A stretch of DNA of 63,415 nucleotides, filler included, from Choristocarpus tenellus KU-1152 (taxonomy: Eukaryota; Protista; Phaeophyceae), in assembly GCA_964200185.2 (NCBI GenBank). It is 12 parts of 12 records of this genome, joined end to end, with 100 filler letters (N's around TTAATTAATTAA, not from the genome) between each part and the next. Parts side by side here need not be neighbours in the genome. Positions count along the whole stretch, not along the records: positions 50,575 to 57,857 come from CAXNAD020006412.1; positions 57,958 to 63,415 come from CAXNAD020010723.1; 10 more parts are not named here. The stretch is one strand, 5' to 3'. The notes beneath the pieces are model-generated. The model searched no databases. It was not told the origin of the DNA and saw only the letters and a program-made list of their open reading frames with translations. Position 1 is the stretch's first letter. Every line of letters begins with the position of its first letter. Below are positions 53,091-63,415 of the stretch, in pieces. The position numbers and the translations under genes were made by a program.

Positions 53091-53351
53091 GAGCCAAAGT
53101 AAACGAGAGGTACTCAGGTTTTGGCCGTTTTGCATTTGAAACCAATTTTAGTCTTTTACGACTCACCCATACTCCTATGGATGAAGTACAAAAAATAATT
53201 TGAGAGGGTTCATTTCTCTATTTTTTGTTTTAGACAGAATTATGAAATTCCTGACACGCATTTGTACAAACTCTACAAATTTCAACATATATATGTATGT
53301 CATATATATATGTCAGCATCCAACCATAATACCCCTCGCTTACTTTGACTT
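53091..53351 (+). mobile_element. MITE family C, complete
   Basis: gagccaaagtaaacgagaggtac ... tacccctcgcttactttgactt; flanked by GCT/GCT. Confidence 0.85.
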
Positions 53352-53369
53352 GCTTGTATCAGGAAGTTA

Positions 53370-54060
53370 TCATCGCCAGTTGCGTACCTAAGGTCGTCAG
53401 TACAAAGATCTCTCTCTTTACAACTTGGGGGGATTTATTAAGTTGAAACGTTCCAGCGAAGAGCAGGAGCCATTCGCCCCGGTACAACCGAGGCGTGTGA
53501 GTGAAGGATTCACCAGAAAATGCTGTCACTTCTGGCTCGCACCATTTATTTCTTGACGAGCATGTCATGAAGGGTAAACGCTGAAAACTATGACTACCTT
53601 CCTTCCAGAAGATAAAGTATAACTTTTATTCTACCTCAACCCATCTCAGGGGAAAGAACAGCATCAATGTTCGAAAAATTTTGGTCCAGAGAAGGAAACG
53701 TGATCAGGTTTGCATACCACCAAAATGGTTTCTGAAGGATCGATTTGGTGAGGAAAGAAGTCAGGTGCCAAGAGATTCGAAGGTTTGACTTCGTGGTGTG
53801 AACTCAAGACTTTCAACTTCATGACCAAGCTGTCTCGCAACATTGGGCATGAGAACTATGAACACATCCTCTCTCTTTCAGGACAACCCTGGATGGTTTC
53901 TCCTTTCGGACAATGTTATTGTCCATATTATTCTAGGCATGCAACTGTTTGGTCATATGAAGCATCTGGAGATACACCCTGTTGTGCTCAAGGTAGACGT
54001 ACCGGTAATGTACCTAAACAACAAGAGGTAATGGTCTTGCCTGAAGTCTTGTTCGTTGTA
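53370..54060 (+). mobile_element. Copia RT/RNase H C-terminal remnant
   Basis: LATLGMRTMNTSSLFQDNPG..LSDNVIVH ... KHLEIH ... DVPVMYL, cf. I+.DN..AI.L..N...H..TKHI+I. Confidence 0.55.
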
Positions 54061-54346
54061 ATAGTGATATTGAAATATTATACTACTACAAAAATTCCCT
54101 TACAATAAGGTTACGATATCAGAACACTTCGGACAGGTTAACTCGTGATGTTACGTTGGAGGACAACACGTGACTGACACAATCTGTCACACGTATTGCT
54201 TCACTGTCCCGTTCGTACCAAAAATCCCAGCCTCCCACCCACCCACCACATACAGGAGTTGCAAGCTCATCCAGGAATTGCTCTGCCTGTGTGCGTAGAT
54301 GTCTGAGACTTTCCACCACAAAGGTGCCGGGGTTGAAACGAAAAGG

Positions 54347-54600
54347 GAACCGAAGTAAATGAGAGGCACCCAGGTTTGGCCGTTTTGCATTTTAAGTCTG
54401 TCCAATATTTTGCAATTTACCCATATTTCTTCGAATGAAATTCTAAGTTTGACTGGCAGGTTTGGTTTCTTTATTATTTGAAACTTTCTGACAGAATTGA
54501 GAGAATATCCTATAAACTTTAGTAAAAAATGCCGATTTTTTGCGCACATTTGTCAACACCCTTAGAATGCAACTCTGGGTACCTCTCGTTTACTTGTCTC
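54347..54600 (+). mobile_element. MITE family C, complete
   Basis: gaaccgaagtaaatgagaggcacc ... ggtacctctcgtttacttgtctc; flanked by AAGG/AAGG. Confidence 0.85.
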
Positions 54601-57600
54601 AAGGGTAAAATTCCCTCACAATTCACGTTGTTCTTTCAGGCTTTAGCTACACCAGCAGATATGCTGTTGTTCATAGACGAATGTTGTTTGTGGCAGTTTG
54701 CTTGTACCTCTGCTAAGGGCAAATCTAGCAGTGTTGGCCCCTTTCCTCTTAGTAAGGAGAAGTGCCTGCATTGGACAGTACCTCAGCATGGAATGTTGCA
54801 TAGTCTGTATTTTCGGAAGTTCTGGTCGATGGTGAAGTGATACCCACTCTCCAAGGTGAAAGGGATGCCCACCCCCCTGCATACGTGCCCAGTTGCTTGG
54901 ACCATAAGCAAGTTTATCTGCTGCTCTTCTTGTCCTCGAGCTCTGTGGCATGTGTATACACAACTACTTAGAAGTATATATATAGTGTCCACACCCTGTG
55001 TTCTGCATCCAGCTACCAGACGGCAGTTGGACAATGCCTCCTCTACCCCAAAAGGCTAGGTCACCGTGAGGTGGAATTCTGGGGACTGGATGCGCCTTCC
55101 TGACTTGAGGGGTTGAGTGGGTTCTCCGTGCATTGTCACCTTCCACACACTGGCTCCTATCTATTATGTAATAAAAGTCATATTCCTTTCTAGGTCTGGG
55201 ATCTGCAGCCAGGTTACCAGGTGGGTGTGAAAGGCATTGAAGTGGGCCCTTTGAGGAGACGGGTGATCTCATGCATGGCCCATCTTGGTGTCCCTCCTGT
55301 CTGTGTTGTCCGCTGGAGGATGTGGACTTCTGGGGTTGGACGTATTGCGGTAAAGTCCTCAGAAGGGACTCCTGCAAATGGAATTGTGTGGATTGATGCT
55401 CCCAGAAGCCTGCATGGTAGGGCTGGACCAGATAGCGACAGGAAATACCTTACCAGAGAGACTCCTTGTTGTCTTACTATGAAGGTGGGGAGGATGACTG
55501 GGTAATGACCCCAAAAAGCTGCATGTTGGCGGTGGGTCATAGAGAACAGACTTACACCACCCTCTGGTTTGCCTCCAAACAAAGATACTTCTTTTCACAC
55601 CCTCCTTGAGAGAATTCTATTGCATCACTTGAGTTTGCCACCTCCATGATCCTCTCAAGCCCTCACAGATAGGTGTTGTCTGTCTGCTACATGGTGGAAT
55701 TTGCGAATCGTGGTGGGATGACTGATATGTAGTACCATGTAGCCTAAACGAAGAGAGAGAAGTAACACGTTGAGGAGTCATGCCACTCGTTTATCCTTCA
55801 TCTCATTCAGATGTGTGGCTATTTTAAATGACTCCAACCAACCTCTCCAGTACTTTCATCATTGTCGGCTTGAATGAAAGCGTGCATAAGATTTAGGAGG
55901 AATATGTAATAATAGGGAGACAAATGGGGGGCAAGGTTGATGCCTATTTGGACTACGAGATCACCGATTGATTGCAAAGGGAACTCTGATGTAAAGGGTG
56001 ATTTGTACACGTTTCTTCTGTGTCTTCATGGAAAATATGTGAGTGGGTATATCGTGATGATTGAATAAAAGTAATATTAATACTTCAAACTACAGAATAT
56101 GGTTGAGGGGTCTTTCAAATTGGGATTCACTCATTACTGTACTGTATCGTGACGTGGAAACAACGCGCATCTTTGTTTATACGTGATTTTGGGATTCAGG
56201 TTGAGCCATTTTTCACAATCAACATAGTAGTAGTTCACTAGCAACAACTAGTATCAGCTTGTGGAAGGGTGCCTCGGGTAAATCTGCACCAACTTTTGTG
56301 GTGGTGTTGAATCCCGACAGAAGGTATGTGACCCTTGTGAGACTTAGCACGCCCCACAGACGCATTCCCGTCTGAGCTGATTGAGCAACTGTGGTAGGTG
56401 AAATCAGGAGGCGGGAGCCCCGAGTTGCTCTTTAACGAGGACAACAAGGAGCGGTTTACACCTGCCTTGACCTACTCCCCGCAGACCTAAGGTCCACCTA
56501 ATCAGACGCCATCGATTTCACAAGATCGCTTGTGCTTTTGTTGCCACTACCGAGATCTATGTCTCAATCTTTGTGATGGATGGTTACAGCTTCGAGCCTC
56601 TCCCCGACCACGTTGCACCCTAAATTACACTACGATATGACTTCAGTTCCTCGACTCATGTAAGCGGAACTATATGGTTGTGTCTTATCACAACGATAAA
56701 ACAAATCCAATAAGTAGTCCTATATAAACTGTTTGATATTCGCGAGGAAAGAGTTGAGGCTACTGTGTAAGTGTCGACCATGTTCGAGAGAATAGCGCCA
56801 TGGGAGAGTGCCCTGGATATGTAAGTTTCTTGTGATCATCGAGGTGGTATGTGTCACCCTGTCGGTCTTGAAGCAGAGATCGCTTGTCGTCGTACTCTTA
56901 CCTCTCACATGTGCATCCTAGGGAAGATATTGGATGTCGTCTTTCGCTCTTCTGGCTAGCTTTGGACGTCCTTACTTCCTATACACTTGCCTTCAAATTT
57001 AAGGCAACGACCCAAGTGCTCAGTCCTGCCTCTCACCTAAAGATAATATGTATGGAGAGACTCATTATTGTTGATGGTACCTGGATCGAGTCAACTCGTT
57101 TGGACGCACGGACTTTAGTCACGAGTAAAATGTAGAATAATCCTCAGGTTGACCCATGACTCCTCCGGCAGAGCTCTTACCCTCTGGAACTGGAGAAGGG
57201 GAGATTGCCAATGTATTTGTATGGGGCGGGGGACCTTCTGTTTTTACCGAGGAGAAAGCGGTAAAGGCTCTCATCCCAAGCATCGAGGCAACATTGGGTG
57301 GACAACATTGGGCCGACGTAACCTCGTCCACCTCTGCCACGATTGAATGAGGCATTTTCTGTTCGCCGCTCCACCATCCATGATTTCATGACCACTGTGA
57401 TTCATTTTGATAGTGCTGTACACAAGCCATATTTCCCCTTCAGGCTGTTGATGAATGGAGTGTACCTACTAATTGTGCAAACAAGATGTATACCTCATGA
57501 TCATTGTGCTCGACTTATCTTTTCTTCCTCCAATGCTAGCCCTTGCCGCTCTGTGTAACTTGTTGGTATCCTCTCTCCTAATGTTGATTTTCCCTTTGTC

Positions 57601-58799
57601 TGGCCTTTCCCATGCCCTCTTGCAGCCCTCCCCAGTGGCATATCTAATTGATCTGCACTCCAGTTAGAATTGTGATTGGGGACGCCAGTACTCAAGGCTT
57701 GGCGAGTGTGCCTGTCTGTGTGTTTGTGTGCTTGTTTGTGTGTGTGTGAGGGTGGCTGGGGGGGGGGGGGGGGGGGGGGGGGGGGAGGGGCAATTTTTTG
57801 TGTTGGGGGGGGGGGGGAGGAGGGGGGGTGGGGGGGGGGGGGGGGGGGGTTTTTTTTNNNNNNNNNNNNNNNNNNNNNNNNNNNNNNNNNNNNNNNNNNN
57901 NTTAATTAATTAANNNNNNNNNNNNNNNNNNNNNNNNNNNNNNNNNNNNNNNNNNNNACCACAGTATAACGGTATATGGCATACGAGCAATACGGTATAA
58001 TAACAGACAAACATGCTTTCCACAATAGATTTTAGATAATTTTGACATTTTAACAATTGTTGCTTTTAGGGGTCTTGGTGATATTGGTTTGGCTTTTTCT
58101 TTGATCAGCAATCAACACTACTATGTCCATCCAACCTGCAGAAAAAGTACTGAAAGAGAAAAAAAAATGGAGTATGGTCAATATCGAAGAACTTTCACAA
58201 GAATATATCCTGTTTTGTGGTGGAATTTCTCAACGTTAATAATTATATGGGAGTTATCGTCAATATCGAAGAAATTTCACGACAAGAATATTTCCTGTTT
58301 TGTGGTGTCAATGTTCCAAACGTGAGAAATATTTGGGAAGGTGGAAGAAATTTTCAGTTTGTTGGTCAAGTCATCCGTATATGTTAAGGGGTGCTGTCAA
58401 TCGATCAATATCAATGTATGTTAAGAGGTGTTGGTCAAATGATCTGCTAGTTGTGCCTTGTTGCCGTTGTGAACCACCAAATTGATGACAGCCCGGAATT
58501 TCAGGATTCGCGAAGGGGGGCGAGATAAACAGGCTGTAGACTACAGTTGTACGATACGGACCAGGCGTCTAGACAGGTGGGCTGTGACTCTTGGGTTGTT
58601 GAAGGTGGTGTCGGTCGTGTACCTGAGGAAACGAGTGGTGTAGATGCCGATAGGTAGGTGAAGAGAATGGGGAACTTGCTATAAAAAGGAGGCTTATGGT
58701 AAGGGAGATGTAGATGGAGTCGTAACGTAATGGAGGTGCTCTGGGTAGAGGCTTAGGGTTAGGCGGGAAACTGCTCTAGTAGAATCTTAGGGTAATGGG

Positions 58800-60470
58800 T
58801 GAGGTGCTCTGGGTATAGGCTTGTTCTAATGGTCAAGGTCCTCTGGGTAGAGACTTAAGATAATGGAAGACTGTGGTTGGTGGTGGTGATGGGGGCGCTG
58901 TGTTTGGTCAGGCAATGGTGCAGGATGTTCATTGGCAGGGATAGTGTTCGCATTGGTCAGTGTCGCAGCGGGGACGTGGTGGGGTTGGCAGTGATTAGGT
59001 AGTGGTGGTGTGGGATGTGCAAGCTTGGAAGGGAGGGTAGGGATGTGCTTCATCTGCAGTAGGTGCAGGTGTGTCTGGTCGGTGATCAGTGGGTTTGGTG
59101 AGTAATGGGGAGTCTTTGGTGAAGGTGAAGGGGAGAGTGTTGAAGGTGGGGGTAGGGGAAAGGTTGGTAGGGTGGATGGTAGTGGCAATAGCTTCAGGCC
59201 AGAGTTATGTGAGAAGGTCGATGGGGTTAATAAAGGTGTTGGGCTGTGGTGAAGATGATACAACACTGATGTTCGACCAGGCCGTTATTTTGGCATGTAC
59301 GTGGGCTGGTGAATTTGTTCAATAGGCAGTGTGGGCAGGGTGGTTTGTGGGATTTGGTAAGTGGTCCAGGATGGGGATATGGATGGTTTTCAGGAGCAGG
59401 GTGGGAAGGAGGGTGGGATCGGTCATGTGGGCAGTGGAGTCCAGAGTCGACAATATAGGGGGGTGCTTGGGTCGGTGAGAGCGTGTAGGGCACTCGTGGT
59501 GATGACTGTGAAGCAGTACGAGAAGTCCCCATGGGGTTTCTGGCCCCAGTCGTTAGGCGGAGCCATTGAAGTGAGTGTTGAGGTGGCGGTATGGGTTGTG
59601 TCAACAGCAGGTGTTACAGGTTGGGTAGGTGATTGGGAAAACCTGGCGGTGCTGTGTGCGACATTGTTGGTCGATGTGGGTGTTGGTGGTAAGGGCGACA
59701 CTGGAGGCCCCATCAGGAGCTGGATGAGCCAGGTTGATGTCATTGTTATATGCAGTCGGGGTTGCAGAGATGAGGGACTCCGTGATGAGTCCGAGTGGAA
59801 GCGGACTTGACTCCATAAGACGTAGTCTGAAGATAGTCCAGAGATGAGCGCTGTATGCATGCGGGAGTCACTGATGACCTCATCGAACCCTTTGAGTTCG
59901 ATCTTTGCCCTGTAAAGGCGCAGCAGCCACTAGTCAGGGTCCTCCCCAAGTTTTATGCTGTGTTGCTTGAAGTGGCAATGTACAGAGCGCATCCGCTGCT
60001 CAGTGTTGGCCTTGCACTTGCTTTTGAGCACGTGCCAGGCTGAGAGTCTGCCGTTGAAGGTGGTCTCATCCCGGTGCTGCATTTCGTGGAGAAGGCCTTT
60101 GCTCAGTCCTCAGCAGGTAGCAAGGAGAATACCAAACAGCTGGTCGTTATCTTCGTCATAGGTGGTCGTGGTTGTGTTCTGTTTGTAAATGGGGTCGGGT
60201 CAGAAAGTGTGGGATTGGTGCTGCTGGTATTGCATGAAGTGGGCTGAACCGAGGCATGTCGGGGCCAAGGCAACACATGGTCAGGATCCCCGTGAAGTCC
60301 ATTTAATAGGCATCCCAGGCAGATTCATCACCTGAGAAGATAGGGAGTTTTGGGGTGCGTTTCATGATGATCTTGTGAGCGTTACTGCAACAGTGGACGT
60401 GGGGTAGGTATGGGGTAATACAGGACGAGGTTGGGTGAGTCAGTTAAGTGTAGAAGGTCCATAACCTGTA
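58800..60470 (-). mobile_element. Ty1/Copia 5' portion (PBS-gag-protease), degenerate
   Basis: CA-GGTTATGGAC PBS at about 60457-60466. UBN2-type gag AWHVLKSKC..IKLGEDPD*WLLRL..ELKGFDEVISDSRMHTALISGLSSDY. Protease YIVDSG. Confidence 0.75.
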
Positions 60471-62441
60471 GGAGCCTCGAATTGATTGTGTCTTCCGTGG
60501 TTCAGGTGAAGTGATCTGTGTAGAGTCTAGAAGACTTGTATGTGAAGGGGAGACATAAGTGCACTGAAGCACTGGTGAATTCAGAGTGGTCAATCTTGTG
60601 AAATGCTCTGCATGGATATAGGTTGAATACTGTGGTGTGGTGTGCTGTTCCTTTAGTGTGTTCAAAGGAAGTGATACATGCTCTATGTGTCAAGTCTGGT
60701 TACTTTGTGAAGAAACTTGTGTATGTATTAACTCAGTCTATATTCCACCCGGTTGTGTGTAGAGGTACACTTACTGCAGAGTGAATTCGTAGTGTAAGTG
60801 GGGGCATTACCAACCAGATATAGGATAAGAAGCATACACCACTGTTATTTCTTTTAAGAGAGACCTGAGCCTAACTCTGAGTAAATTCATGTGTGCATAT
60901 GATGAGTTTGTATGTTGAGGAATATCTACTGATTCCAGAGATCAAGGTACGATTTTTATACACACTGAAACGGTAAGCCAGATCACATACCTCATACATA
61001 GTGGTGCATGTGTGATATAGCTGCTTAAACACTAATCCACCAGTGCTAGTGTACGAATCAACAATCAACATTAGTTGGTTTTACTGTAGTGTATCTATGT
61101 CGAAAGAAGAGAGTAGCAGATTTTTCAACAGTTTGTGGTGGTCTTTCAATACTCTTGCATACACCATCTTGATACGCTAAGTTATGGTGTCTCAAACCAT
61201 CCTCTTTTCATTAGCCCCAACCACCACCATCATGATGGTGGACTTGGAAAATTTTCCGCAATTCTCAGACACCTATTGCATACGCCCCTCTCCTCCTTTG
61301 GCTCTTGCCTGCCGTCTCATACTCCTCAAGTATTGAAACTGCACTGTCCTTCAGACTCCTCCTTATCTCCTCATCGTCTCAATCGAAAATCCTGACACTG
61401 AGGTTGTCCTTTATATCCCAAGTCCTTGTCGTCATCAAGGTTCTCCTCATTGGAATCCGCTTGATACCCTTTCAGACTGTCCAATCACCGCTCGTGCTGG
61501 CAATCTCCTCCCTCTCTTATGTGACCCACGATTGCCCATCTTTTTGAGGGCTTCTGCTTTGATTGTTGTACGCTATGAGGTGTTGTGTGAAGCCATCACT
61601 TATTTCTTACCAGGTAGGGTGCGACCTTAAAACCGTCGCCTCCCCCTCACTGTCGTGTGCAACATTTTGATTTTTTTGGGGTGTATGTGTATGCTGTGTA
61701 TCTATGCATTAGTACAAATATTCCTTTCACAACATTTCATGACCTTTCATATATATTTTTCTTGGGGGCTGGGAGGAAGAAGTAGGAGAGGAGGAGGAGG
61801 AGGAAGGCATTGCCAAATGGATCTAAGTAGTGGAGGAGAGCAGCGGTAGTGGCCGTGATGATGGCGATGAAGATCATAATCGTGACTCGGACGCAGGAGG
61901 CAATATAACTTATCTCATGCTACAGTCTTCCACAAGCCAGCTCATTGTGCACCAGGATGAAGAAGGCCAAGCTTCTCTCTCTGAAGGCACTCACTCTTCA
62001 TGTAGTAAATTCTTTTTTTTTTGCATTTATTTGTGCATTTTTTCCGATTTTTTCTCAGTAACCCTAACCTTCCTTAACCCTATTACTTCTTATGGGTGGG
62101 TGCGTCGTTGTCGAGTTTGGAAGCATCTAGTCGAGTCAAACCCCCCCCCTATCTGAACTACTTCCGAGATTGTTAATTTTCTAACGTTTCTGTGACCCAG
62201 TGCACACAGCTTTTGATCAGGCATTCAATCCCAGCTATTCCAAAAACATCTAAGACCACACCATCCTGGATGAGAAACTGTCTTTTGTTGTCAAACTTCT
62301 ACCTGCATTCGAACTCACAAACTTCACAAACAATTTTTTTTTGGAGAACCTTACACTGATTGATTACATGATAGTAGACCCCTCCCAACACTAGTGCCGT
62401 GCCTCCTTTACCCGATAATACTACTTCACTACTACAAATGA

Positions 62442-62705
62442 GGGTCAAAATTAGATGAGAGAGGTACCTAGAGTTACATTTCAAAGGATGCTCAAAAATA
62501 CGTGCACAGAATTCATCTTTAAAAAAAACAAAAACAGACAAAACAAAATTCCTGTAGGACTTCTAGTAAAAAGTTTCAAACAAATCGGGGAGGGGGGGGG
62601 ATAAATCAATCCATCAAGTCACAGACATAGCACTTCATCAACAATAAAAAATACATGAGTGAATTGCAAAATATTGATAAACCGACTTAAAATGCAACTC
62701 TTGCT
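62442..62705 (-). mobile_element. MITE family C, one end decayed
   Basis: gggtcaaaattagatgagagaggtacctagagttacatt; the body resembles the 37604 and 54347 copies. Confidence 0.65.
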
Positions 62706-62806
62706 TGCTTCGCCTCAACACCTTGCTCGACACAAACACACAGAGTGAAGGGATTTCATGCTACGTACCTAGCACATCCCTAACTTTAGTGCTGCACAGT
62801 AAGGCA

Positions 62807-63000
62807 GGCTCAAATATATATATATATTTTGGGGGGCTGGCGGCTGTCCATTCAGGCTCCATTTTTCCATGTTGCGATTTTTTGAGTGATATGGTTGCAT
62901 TCGTTGGACAGATAATGGAAGTTGAAGTTCAGTTCTCCAGGTCAGGGTCCGAATGGACACCCTGGCGTAGACCCCCCACCCCCCCCAGATAACTTAGGTC
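62807..63000 (-). mobile_element. MITE family B with a (TA)n expansion inside one TIR
   Basis: ggctcaaa(ta)n..ttttgggggg ... cccccagataacttaggtc; the body matches 41712-41896. Confidence 0.8.
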
Positions 63001-63415
63001 CTAATCCCTAGTAACATCGTGCCGAAGCATACGCAATTTCAGGGTAAAGGACCTCAAGAGAGGGCTAATATTATCACTAACCCAGCGCTTCATTGGCAAG
63101 AGACAAGAAAAAAGTAAAATATTTTTTGACCAGGTCGATCGCTGGAAGAGTCTCGCAGAACCTCTAAGGGTTAGGGTTAGAGTTAAAGAGAGCCCACCCG
63201 CCCGATGGTTAAGGAGTCCAACTCCAATTCGACAAAATTCACATAACTCAGGACGAAAGGAACCCCCCCCGTGTCTTCATCCATCCATCCATCCATCCAT
63301 CCATCCAACAAATAAGCTTAAAAAAAAAAGAATTTAGAAAATTCAATCACATCATGCTCTTCCGGTCAGGATCGACATTTTCACCTCCTTCCACACTAAA
63401 TTGCCACAACCCCCC

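Noticed and set aside
54640-55060. pogo/Tc1-like DDE domain (LLFIDE..QLDNA)
   Set aside because: Motifs too decayed to call without a search.
1-63415. Most short ORFs in the supplied track, and gene-cluster interpretations
   Set aside because: They are chance or antisense ORFs over introns, microsatellites and repeats, and the contigs are not known to be adjacent.

Overview
This is eukaryotic nuclear DNA, not one continuous locus. Twelve short contigs are joined by eleven artificial 100-bp spacers (N-run/TTAATTAATTAA/N-run), so adjacency across spacers is meaningless. The style (many short GT-AG exons, microsatellites, interstitial TTAGGG) suggests a stramenopile such as a brown alga, but that is inference. 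Recognisable host genes are: two exons of a probable Upf1/IGHMBP2-like SF1 helicase (407-1841, minus); a 16-exon M1 (puromycin-sensitive-type) aminopeptidase carrying several disabling lesions (9102-15386); and the 3' end of a USP4/11/15-like deubiquitinase (27033-28407, minus). Most of the rest is decayed mobile DNA: Ty1/Copia pieces, LINE RT remnants and DDE transposase remnants. I cannot confirm a new biological system. The two best leads are: (1) a set of at least three internally unrelated ~190-270-bp MITE families sharing the terminus GAGTCAAAGTA, with mixed 3- and 4-bp target duplications; (2) a MITE-interrupted ORF that reconstitutes in frame to a ParB/DGQHR-like 'LFCLNGQHR' protein. 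All protein family calls come from motif recognition by eye; no searches were run.
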